A stretch of DNA of 64,000 nucleotides, taken from NCBI GenBank assembly GCA_050181585.1, contig JBFXDA010000003.1:6155-70154 (forward strand), read 5' to 3'. A program made the position numbers and the translations under genes. The notes beneath the pieces are model-generated. The model did not search any database and had not been told where the DNA came from. It saw nothing but the letters and a program-made list of their open reading frames with translations. Positions within the stretch are counted from its first letter, which is position 1. The number at the start of each line of letters is the position of its first letter. Below, piece by piece: positions 17,945-25,174 of this stretch. Source of the stretch: Reyranellaceae bacterium (GTDB lineage Bacteria; Pseudomonadota; Alphaproteobacteria; Reyranellales; JAQSWP01).

Positions 17945-19105
17945 ATGAGACAACTGCGGATAGCAATCATTGGCGGCGGAACGGCGGGCTGCGGCGCCTG
18001 CCGTCGCGCCGCCGAACTCGGAGCATCCGAGGTAACGCTGATAGAGAAAAGCAGCCTGGCTTCCGGTTCGTCGGGGCGGTCGGCTGGCGTGTACAATCTG
18101 CAGGTCCTCAATCCGATCGACATGCGGATAAGGATTCGGGCCCGCGAGCTGTTTTTCCGGCTCAACGACGAAGACAAGCTGCCGCTGGCGAAAATCGGCT
18201 ATTTGCGCGTGGCGAAATCGGAAAAGGATCTGGCGCGCTTCGCCGAAGCCCAACGCTTCCAGAAATCCTTGGGCGCTCACGATGCCAGGCTATTGACGAG
18301 AGCGGAAATCCAGAAGCTCGTTCCCGACCTGTCGGTCGCCGATATTGCCGGCGCTCTTTACGGGCCCAATGACGGACATCTGGACGGGCATATCCTGTGC
18401 AATGCGATCGTCGACGAGGCGCGATCCATGGGCGCCAGGGTGATGCTGAATACCAAGGTGACCGGATATGAGCGTCGTCGGGCAGGGCATTTGCTGACTA
18501 CCGACAAAGGCGCGCTCGAGTGCGATGTCGTCATAAACGCTGCCGGTGCGTGGGCCCGCCAGGTGGGGGCAATGCTCGGGCATGCCGCTCCGGTCAACCC
18601 GCAAGTGCACGAAGTCGTTCGTGTCCGTCTGCCTCGGAAGCTGTCCTATACGATTCCCATGGTGAATTTTTACGTGCCCGATACCGAAGGCGAGGCCATT
18701 TATTTCCGGCAGGACGGCGAGGACAGTCTGATCTCCGGCTTGCACACGACGTTGGCGCTGGAAGGCCTGGACGTAACCGATCCGGACAATTACAGCCCTC
18801 CCGATGGCGACGCATATCTGGAGGAGATTGCGAAGCAGGTATCGGAACGGCTGCTCGTCGAAGATCTGGGTTTCAAGTATGGCTGGTACGGCCTCTATCC
18901 TCTGAGCGCCGACGGAATATTCCAAGTGGGACCCTACCAGGCCGACCCGACCGTGCTGGTCGTCGCCGGCATGGGCGGTATCGGAGTCGTTTCGGGGACG
19001 ATCCTGGGTGCGTTGGCGGCGGAATGGGCCGTGCTCGGCAAAGGGCAAATAATAGACGGCGCCGAGGCCCTATTGCCCGATCGACCGACGCTTGCGGGGA
19101 GATGA
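17945..19105 (+). CDS. FAD-dependent oxidoreductase (DAO / sarcosine-oxidase-beta-like), 386 aa
   Basis: An in-frame ATG at 17945 within track ORF 17723..19105 gives MRQLRIAIIGGGTAGCGACRRAAELG, which carries a GxGxxG dinucleotide-binding fold. The upstream part of the track ORF overlaps the preceding gene out of frame. Confidence 0.85.
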   Translation: MRQLRIAIIGGGTAGCGACRRAAELGASEVTLIEKSSLASGSSGRSAGVYNLQVLNPIDMRIRIRARELFFRLNDEDKLPLAKIGYLRVAKSEKDLARFAEAQRFQKSLGAHDARLLTRAEIQKLVPDLSVADIAGALYGPNDGHLDGHILCNAIVDEARSMGARVMLNTKVTGYERRRAGHLLTTDKGALECDVVINAAGAWARQVGAMLGHAAPVNPQVHEVVRVRLPRKLSYTIPMVNFYVPDTEGEAIYFRQDGEDSLISGLHTTLALEGLDVTDPDNYSPPDGDAYLEEIAKQVSERLLVEDLGFKYGWYGLYPLSADGIFQVGPYQADPTVLVVAGMGGIGVVSGTILGALAAEWAVLGKGQIIDGAEALLPDRPTLAGR

Positions 19106-19126
19106 CCGCGAACCGATGCCTGCGGG

Positions 19127-19969
19127 ATGACGCCTGCGTTGCTGTACAAGGATGGTCACCAGATGAATGCGGGAAAAGTCGAGACGGATTCCAGATCCTC
19201 GCAGTTGCCGAACTCCACGCCGACATTGTCGGTGGAAGGAACTTGCGCAACCATCACCTTGAATCGGCCAAGCGTGCACAATCGCATAGAACCCGATGAC
19301 GTTCGGGTTCTAGGCGAGCTGCTGTTGCAGGCGGGCGACAATAGGGACGCCCGGGTTCTCGTGCTGAGGGCGCACGGCAAATCATTCAGTTCCGGCTATC
19401 ACATCGGCGCCCTCGAGCAGGCGGAGCGCAATATCGATCATCTGGCGCTGAGCCGGCTGATCGACAGGCTCGAAACGCTCCGCCTGCCCACGATCTGCGC
19501 CCTGAATGGAAGCGTCTTTGGCGCCGGCGCGGATCTCGCCCTGGCCTGCGATTTTCGCATCGGCGTGACCGGCATGAAATTGAGGATTCCGGCCGGTCGG
19601 CTGGCTTTGCACTATGCGTTTGGCGGCTTGAAGCGTTTTGTATCCCGTTTGGGACCTGCTGCCAGCAAATCCATCTTCCTGCTGGCGCGCGAAATAGAAG
19701 CGAACGACCTGCTTGGCATAGGGTATCTCCACCAATTGGTCCCATCCGCAGAGCTCGACAGGACGGTCGATCAACTGGCGAGCGCTCTTTCCGAGCTTGC
19801 TCCACTGGCGATCCAGGGAATGAAGGCGACAATCAACGATATTGCGGCAGGTGTCGCGAATCCGGACAAGGGCAATGCGGATTTTCTTGCCTCGCTGCGG
19901 TCGCAGGACGCCGCCGAAGCGATACAAGCCTGGCGAGACAAGCGAAAGCCGCAATTCATCGGAAAATAG
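19127..19969 (+). CDS. Enoyl-CoA hydratase/isomerase (crotonase) family protein
   Basis: ORF track 19127..19969. The crotonase core runs from TITLNRPSVHNRIEP through FSSGYHIG. An alternative start is ATG 19163, preceded by AAGGATGG. Confidence 0.85.
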   Translation: MTPALLYKDGHQMNAGKVETDSRSSQLPNSTPTLSVEGTCATITLNRPSVHNRIEPDDVRVLGELLLQAGDNRDARVLVLRAHGKSFSSGYHIGALEQAERNIDHLALSRLIDRLETLRLPTICALNGSVFGAGADLALACDFRIGVTGMKLRIPAGRLALHYAFGGLKRFVSRLGPAASKSIFLLAREIEANDLLGIGYLHQLVPSAELDRTVDQLASALSELAPLAIQGMKATINDIAAGVANPDKGNADFLASLRSQDAAEAIQAWRDKRKPQFIGK

Positions 19970-20005
19970 CGTCGGGCGCGAGGCGCTTGGCGGCGGAAAC
20001 CCGGC

Positions 20006-20129
20006 TAGAGCGGATCACGATCAGACGGAAGCGTAGACGCTTCCGTCTGATCGTGTGAATCCGCTCTATTCTTTAAAGTTTAGAGCAAATTCACATGTTT
20101 TGACGTCCGTCAAAACATGATTTGCTCTA
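20006..20129 (+). repeat. Two-hairpin intergenic palindromic element, copy A
   Basis: Hairpin 1 (20006-20068) is TAGAGCGGATCACGAT-cagacggaagcg/cgcttccgtctg-ATCGTGTGAATCCGCTCTA. Hairpin 2 (20081-20129) is TAGAGCAAATTCACatgttttgacg/cgtcaaaacatGATTTGCTCTA. The same modular element recurs at 53519-53655 in the same orientation. Confidence 0.85.
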
Positions 20130-20186
20130 GGGAGAGTTCCTCGATTTCCCGATCGCCTGCGGGAACACCGGAAGGTCTCGGCCATT

Positions 20187-20207
20187 GGGAAGAGGGAGGA
20201 TCTTCCC
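20187..20207 (+). promoter_or_regulatory. Stem-loop that presents the Shine-Dalgarno sequence in its loop, abutting the start codon at 20208
   Basis: GGGAAGA (20187-20193), GGGAGGA (20194-20200), TCTTCCC (20201-20207), then ATG. The stem is a perfect 7-bp inverted repeat and the 7-nt loop is the Shine-Dalgarno sequence. Confidence 0.4.
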
Positions 20208-20960
20208 ATGCCGACCACAGCGACCGCCCGATCCAGGACGTCGAAGCCGCCCGCGAAAACCAAGGCCGGGAACCGCACGGCCGCCCGCAAGGGCAACGGC
20301 CGTGCCGGCGCCAGCTACAACCGCGTCAAGGACTACCAGGGCCGGCAATACACCGGCATGACCGTCGGGCGCACCCATCACTGGCTCTACGACAGGTCCG
20401 ACTGGAAGGAGAAGAAGGTGACGCCCGAGAAATGGGAGTTCGCCTACTCCACCACCAAGCGGCGCGCCGGCAAGGCGCCGGAAGGCTCGGGCGCGCCGGT
20501 CGGCACCGGCTATCACTGGTTCATCCTGGCGCACCAGTATGTCGAGAAGCTGAACGCCAACGATTATTCGACCCAGATGGTCGGGCTGAAGTTCAAGCTG
20601 GCGCACAAGCGGGCGGCGGGACAGAAATGGAGCGCCTCGATCGAGAAACGGCGCCAGGACCTGATCGCCATCCTGAAGGCGCTGATCGCCGATCTCGAAC
20701 GCGAGCCGGAGCAGATCGCGCCGGTGACGCTCGAATTCGAGCATCGCGGCAAGAGCTACAGCGGCACCGGCATTCCGATCCTGACGTCGTGCGAGGAGGG
20801 CGTCTGCCAGCGCTTCGACATCACCTTGAACGCCCGGCATGTCGGCGTGCTGCGCCATGCCGGCGGCAAATGGAAGATCAGCGAGATCAAGAGCCAGAGC
20901 CTGGCCAACGCCATCGGCGGGCAGATCGAAGCCTGGTACCGGCACCACCAAGGGGCGTAG
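20208..20960 (+). CDS. Hypothetical protein with a basic, disordered-looking N-terminus, 250 aa
   Basis: ORF track 20208..20960, with a strong GGGAGGA Shine-Dalgarno sequence. The composition is protein-like (W, Y, H, K, F-rich core: GYHWFILAHQYVEKLNANDY), unlike the Arg/Pro-rich alternative frame 20117..21007. I recognise no family. Confidence 0.7.
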   Translation: MPTTATARSRTSKPPAKTKAGNRTAARKGNGRAGASYNRVKDYQGRQYTGMTVGRTHHWLYDRSDWKEKKVTPEKWEFAYSTTKRRAGKAPEGSGAPVGTGYHWFILAHQYVEKLNANDYSTQMVGLKFKLAHKRAAGQKWSASIEKRRQDLIAILKALIADLEREPEQIAPVTLEFEHRGKSYSGTGIPILTSCEEGVCQRFDITLNARHVGVLRHAGGKWKISEIKSQSLANAIGGQIEAWYRHHQGA

Positions 20961-20979
20961 GCGACATGACGCCTGCGGC

Positions 20980-22080
20980 TCAGCGGCCGACGCGCACCGC
21001 CTTGTAGATGCCCTCGCGCACACGCGCGCCGAGATTGGCGTAGGGGCGCACGTGCCACAGCACGGCGCCGGCGGCGTCGATCTCGACGATGTCGGCGCCG
21101 CCGGCGACCAGAAAATTGCCGTTCGGCAGCGGCTCGACGGTGCGGATCGGCCGGATGTCGATGGCGTTGGCGAACAGCACCTCGCGCTGGCCCTGGCCCA
21201 GCCGCACCACGGTCATCGGCATGTGCTCGGCGGCGACCAGCCGGCCGTCGGGCAGCAGGCTGGGATCGTGCACGCGGTTGATGTTGGCGGAGGCCCATTT
21301 CACCCGGCCGTCGGGCGCCACGCGCACGACGCGGCCGTAATTGCGCAGGCTGACCAGCGTGTCGCCGTCCGCCAGCCGCGCCACCGCATTGGCATGGGTG
21401 AAGCCCTCGCCGCGGCCGCCGCCCTGGCCGGCCCCTTGGCCGGCGCCCGCGCCGCCGCCCGGCCCCTGGCTGCCCGAACGCCGCCCGCTGCCGCGCTCGT
21501 TGCGCGCCGCGCCGCCGCCCTCGGCCGCGTTGCGCCAGGCGGGGTTGATATGGCCATGCGCCTGCCAGCGCCAGACGATGCGGCCGGCGGGATCGATCTC
21601 GACCGCCTGCGAATCGCCGGTGTCGTCCCAGGCGAAGGTGTAGAGCACGTTGCCGTTGGGCAGCAGGTCGGCGTCGTGGCTGACGCGGGGCGTGCGATGG
21701 CTCCAGACGACGGCGCAGTTGCGGTCGAGGCGGAAAATGCCGGAGAAGGGCACCACCAGCAGGAACGTGTCGTCGGCGGCGATCCATTCCAGATCGGCGC
21801 CGCGCTGCAACTCGTCGCTGCCGAAGCGGGCGTCGCCCAGCTCGCATTGCCACACCACGTTGCCGGCGCGGTCGATCTCGACGATGCGCTTGCCCAGCAC
21901 GGCATCGACGAACGCGGTGCGGGCCGGCGCCAGACGCGGCGCGGCCGGCGTGACGACGGCGAATTTCTCCGCCCGCGCCGCTCCGGGCGCGGTCAGGATG
22001 GCGGCGAGCAGCAGCGGCAGCAACGCTGCGGCGCGCCGGATGGTGGGTGGCGTTGCGCGCAACCGATCCACGAACGGCAT
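20980..22080 (-). CDS. Secreted beta-propeller protein, arylsulfotransferase (ASST)-like, with a Gly-rich insert, 366 aa
   Basis: An in-frame ATG at 22080 within track ORF 20980..22692 gives the signal peptide MPFVDRLRATPPTIRRAAALLPLLLAAILTAPGAARA. Blade motifs recur (EIDRAGNVVWQ, LPNGNVLYT, EIDPAGRIVWRW, VAPDGRVKW, LPDGRLV, EIDAAGAVLWH). FTHANAV..LVSLRN resembles the ASST H-x-N core. The rest of the track ORF overlaps dctM out of frame. Confidence 0.7.
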   Translation of the reverse strand: MPFVDRLRATPPTIRRAAALLPLLLAAILTAPGAARAEKFAVVTPAAPRLAPARTAFVDAVLGKRIVEIDRAGNVVWQCELGDARFGSDELQRGADLEWIAADDTFLLVVPFSGIFRLDRNCAVVWSHRTPRVSHDADLLPNGNVLYTFAWDDTGDSQAVEIDPAGRIVWRWQAHGHINPAWRNAAEGGGAARNERGSGRRSGSQGPGGGAGAGQGAGQGGGRGEGFTHANAVARLADGDTLVSLRNYGRVVRVAPDGRVKWASANINRVHDPSLLPDGRLVAAEHMPMTVVRLGQGQREVLFANAIDIRPIRTVEPLPNGNFLVAGGADIVEIDAAGAVLWHVRPYANLGARVREGIYKAVRVGR

Positions 22081-22163
22081 TGTAGCGCGGGAGGCCGGCG
22101 CGCGGAATTGCCGGTTTGCCGGACCGGCGGCGGGGCCCGCCGGCCGGCGGATCGCGGCCGTCC

Positions 22164-23450
22164 CTATCGCATCAGCGCGTGCGGCAGGAACATGACGATC
22201 TCGGGCCAGAAGGTGATGATGGCGATGGTGGCCAGCATCGCGCCCAGGAAAGGCAGGGTGCCGATGAAGACGTCCTCGATGCGCCCGCGCGTCCGCAGGC
22301 TCTGGATGACGTAGGCGTTCATGCCGACCGGCGGCGTGATCAGCGCCGCCTCCGACACCAGCATGACCAGGATGCCGAACCACACCGCGTCGTAGCCCAG
22401 CCCCACCATGATCGGCGTCAGCACCGGCACGGTCAGCACCGTCATGGAGAGCACGTCCAGCACGCAGCCCAGCATCAGATACATCAGCACCACGATCAGC
22501 ACCGTCTGCTGCGGCGTGACGTCGAGCGCGGCGATGACGTCGGTGAGCTGCCGCACCAGGCCGGTGAGGACGACGGCGAAGTTGAGGAAGAAGGCGGCCA
22601 CCAGGATCAGCATGATCATGGCGGTGGTGCGCATCGTGTCCTCGAACGCCTTGTGCAGCAGGGCAAGGCTGAAGCGGCCGCTCCACAGGCACAGGCCCAG
22701 CGCCGCCAGCACGCCCAGCGCCGCCGCCTCGGTGGCGGTGGCCCAGCCGGCATAGATCGAGCCCACCACCAGCAGGAACAGCCCGATCGGCGGCAGCAGG
22801 TCCGGCAGGGACCGCAGCCGCTGGCTCCAGGAATATCTCTCGCCGCGCCCGCTCCAGCCGGGCCGGATCAGGCAGGCGATCAGGATGGTGAGCATGAACA
22901 GGCCGGCCAGCACGAGGCCGGGCAGGAAGCCGCCGAGATAGAGCTGCGGGATCGAGGTGTTGGTCAGCGCGCCGTAGATGATCATGTTGATCGACGGCGG
23001 GATCAGGATGCCGAGCGTGCCGCCGGCGGCCAGCGAGCCCAGGAACAGCCGCTCGTTGTAGCCCAGCGCCTTGATCTGCGGGATGGCAACGGTGCCCACC
23101 GTGGCCGCCGTCGCCACGCTCGACCCCGAGGTGGCGGCGAACAGGGTGCAGGTGGCGATGTTGGTGTGCATCAGCCGGCCGGGCAGCCAGTTGAGCCAGG
23201 GCAGCAATGCCGCGTACATGCGCGCGGCGACGCCGCTCAGCAGCAGCAGTTCGCCCATCAGCACGAAAAGCGGCACGGAGAACAGCAGGTCGCTGCGGCC
23301 GTTCTCCCAGGCGATCGAGCCCAGCATGGCGTGGATCGGCACCGGCGTGACGAAGGCCTCGATCAGCAGGCCGAGGATCATCAGCACGGCGGCGACGGGC
23401 AGGCCCAGCAGCGCCAGCACCAGCAGCGCGACGGTGAACTTGGCCAGCAT
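22164..23450 (-). CDS. dctM: TRAP transporter large permease subunit (DctM family), 428 aa
   Basis: An in-frame ATG at 23450 within track ORF 22164..23576 gives MLAKFTVALLVLALLGLPVAAVL. The protein is a multi-pass membrane protein. TGATG couples it to the dctQ stop. Confidence 0.9.
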   Translation of the reverse strand: MLAKFTVALLVLALLGLPVAAVLMILGLLIEAFVTPVPIHAMLGSIAWENGRSDLLFSVPLFVLMGELLLLSGVAARMYAALLPWLNWLPGRLMHTNIATCTLFAATSGSSVATAATVGTVAIPQIKALGYNERLFLGSLAAGGTLGILIPPSINMIIYGALTNTSIPQLYLGGFLPGLVLAGLFMLTILIACLIRPGWSGRGERYSWSQRLRSLPDLLPPIGLFLLVVGSIYAGWATATEAAALGVLAALGLCLWSGRFSLALLHKAFEDTMRTTAMIMLILVAAFFLNFAVVLTGLVRQLTDVIAALDVTPQQTVLIVVLMYLMLGCVLDVLSMTVLTVPVLTPIMVGLGYDAVWFGILVMLVSEAALITPPVGMNAYVIQSLRTRGRIEDVFIGTLPFLGAMLATIAIITFWPEIVMFLPHALMR

Positions 23451-23992
23451 CAGCGTTCGTCCATCACGTCGTGGACCGGCGGCGGCGCGGGACGGATCAG
23501 GCGGGCGGCGAGCAGGACGGCCGCCGCCAGGGCGAAGCCGATCAGGCCGACCAGCCACAATCCTTGCGGCAGCCACAGCGGCACCCGCAGCGGCGTGTTC
23601 GAGACCGAGCCCAGCCGCAGCGATTCGCCGAAGACGCCGATCGCCTGCCAGGCCAGCAGGACGGCGACCCCAACCAGGCTGGCCAGCGCCAGCAGATCGA
23701 AGATGCGGCGCGGGCCGGCCGGCAGCCGCGAGGAGACGACGTCGATGCGGATATGGGCGTCGCGGAACAGGGCCCAGGCGGCGGTCCAGGCGAAGGTCAC
23801 GACCAGCACGTAGCCGGAAATCTCGTCCGTGCCCTGCAGGCTGACGGAGAACAGCTTGCGCAGGACGATCTCGACGCCGATCAGCACGGCGCAGGCCAGA
23901 ACGGCGTAGCCCGCCGCCCAGGCGGCGTAGCGCGACAACTGCCGCGCCCGCCCGACCAGCCTTTCGACCCCGCTGTCGCCTTCCTCCGCCAT
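23450..23992 (-). CDS. dctQ: TRAP transporter small permease subunit (DctQ family), 180 aa
   Basis: An in-frame ATG at 23992 within track ORF 23450..24226 gives MAEEGDSGVERLV. The protein has four hydrophobic spans and lies between dctP and dctM. Confidence 0.85.
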   Translation of the reverse strand: MAEEGDSGVERLVGRARQLSRYAAWAAGYAVLACAVLIGVEIVLRKLFSVSLQGTDEISGYVLVVTFAWTAAWALFRDAHIRIDVVSSRLPAGPRRIFDLLALASLVGVAVLLAWQAIGVFGESLRLGSVSNTPLRVPLWLPQGLWLVGLIGFALAAAVLLAARLIRPAPPPVHDVMDER

Positions 23993-24017
23993 CGCCGTTC
24001 CCTCGACGCGATCCCCG

Positions 24018-25142
24018 CTACTGGGCCTGCATCTTGAGCTGCATGACGCTGCCGATGGTCTCGTTCCATTTCTGCGTGCAGGCGGGGCCGCAGGACTTGG
24101 CGAAGCTGGGCAGCACGTTCTTCTCGACGATGCCCGCCAGCGCCTTCTTGTCGGCGTCGCTGACCGGCACCAGCACCATCTTGGCCTTGGTGATACCCTG
24201 CTTGCCTTCCCAGGCGCAGCGCGCATCGCCGGCGCTGCACCAGATGCCCTGCTCGGTCGCGTCGCGCGCCAGCTTGTTGGCGGCGGGCACGAACACCTTG
24301 TCGGTCGCCTGCTGCAGCCAGGCGCGGACCTTGGGATCGAGCTTGTCCCAGCTGCCCTTGTTGGCGGCGCGGATCCACGGCGCCCAGCCGACGGTCAGCG
24401 GATAGATGTGGTCGGCCACTTCGAACAGCTTGCCGGTGTTGCCCGACAGCGTGCCGGTGATGACGCAATCGATGACGCCGCGCTGCAGGGCCGACGGCAC
24501 TTCGCCGAACGACATGGTGATCGGCGTGCCGCCCAGGCCGGACACCAGGTCGGCCACGGTGGCGCTGGAGCCGCGGATCTTCTTGCCCTTCAGGTCGGCG
24601 ATCGATTTCACCTCGCCCTTGCACCAGACCACCTGGGCCAGCGACGGTCCCATCGCCAGCGGCACGACGCCGACGGCGTTCTGCAGCTTGGCGCGCACCG
24701 TCGGCGCATAGGCCTCGATCGCCCTGACCTCGGCGTCGACGTCGGGCGCCACGCCCGCCAGATCCATGCCGTCGAGTTCGGGCGCGTCGCCGGCGGCGTA
24801 GTTGGCGATCATGTCGACGACATCGACCAGCCCGGCCTTGAGATGCCGGAAGGCTTCCGGTCCCTGCATGTTGAGGTCGGTCATGCTGACCAGCTCGACC
24901 TCGATCTTGCCGCCGCTGAGTTCGGGCACCTGCTGCGACCAGAACGGCTTTTGCAGCAGCGACCAGGCCGGCGTGTTGGACCAGATGCCCAGCACGCGGA
25001 TCTTGGCTTTCGGCAGGTCCTGCGCCAGGCGCTTCAGGTCGGCCTCGTCGGCGGCCTGGTCGGCGCGGGCCGGCAGCGCGGCGCTGCCCAGGCCGGCGAG
25101 CGTGAGCATCAGTGCGGCGATACGGGTAATGCGGTCGAACAT
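24018..25142 (-). CDS. dctP: TRAP transporter substrate-binding protein (DctP family), 374 aa
   Basis: An in-frame ATG at 25142 within track ORF 24018..25547 gives the signal peptide MFDRITRIAALMLTLAGLGSAALPARA. The gene lies upstream of dctQM on the same strand. Confidence 0.85.
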   Translation of the reverse strand: MFDRITRIAALMLTLAGLGSAALPARADQAADEADLKRLAQDLPKAKIRVLGIWSNTPAWSLLQKPFWSQQVPELSGGKIEVELVSMTDLNMQGPEAFRHLKAGLVDVVDMIANYAAGDAPELDGMDLAGVAPDVDAEVRAIEAYAPTVRAKLQNAVGVVPLAMGPSLAQVVWCKGEVKSIADLKGKKIRGSSATVADLVSGLGGTPITMSFGEVPSALQRGVIDCVITGTLSGNTGKLFEVADHIYPLTVGWAPWIRAANKGSWDKLDPKVRAWLQQATDKVFVPAANKLARDATEQGIWCSAGDARCAWEGKQGITKAKMVLVPVSDADKKALAGIVEKNVLPSFAKSCGPACTQKWNETIGSVMQLKMQAQ

Positions 25143-25174
25143 CGGGGCCTCCCGTGGCAAAGGATGGGTTGGGG

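Noticed and set aside
21403-21528. A GC-rich, repetitive-looking DNA tract (GGCGCC/GGCCCC runs) that could be read as a tandem repeat or CRISPR-like array.
   Set aside because: There is no regular repeat-spacer periodicity. It is an in-frame Gly-rich coding insert of the propeller gene. I saw no CRISPR array anywhere in the window.
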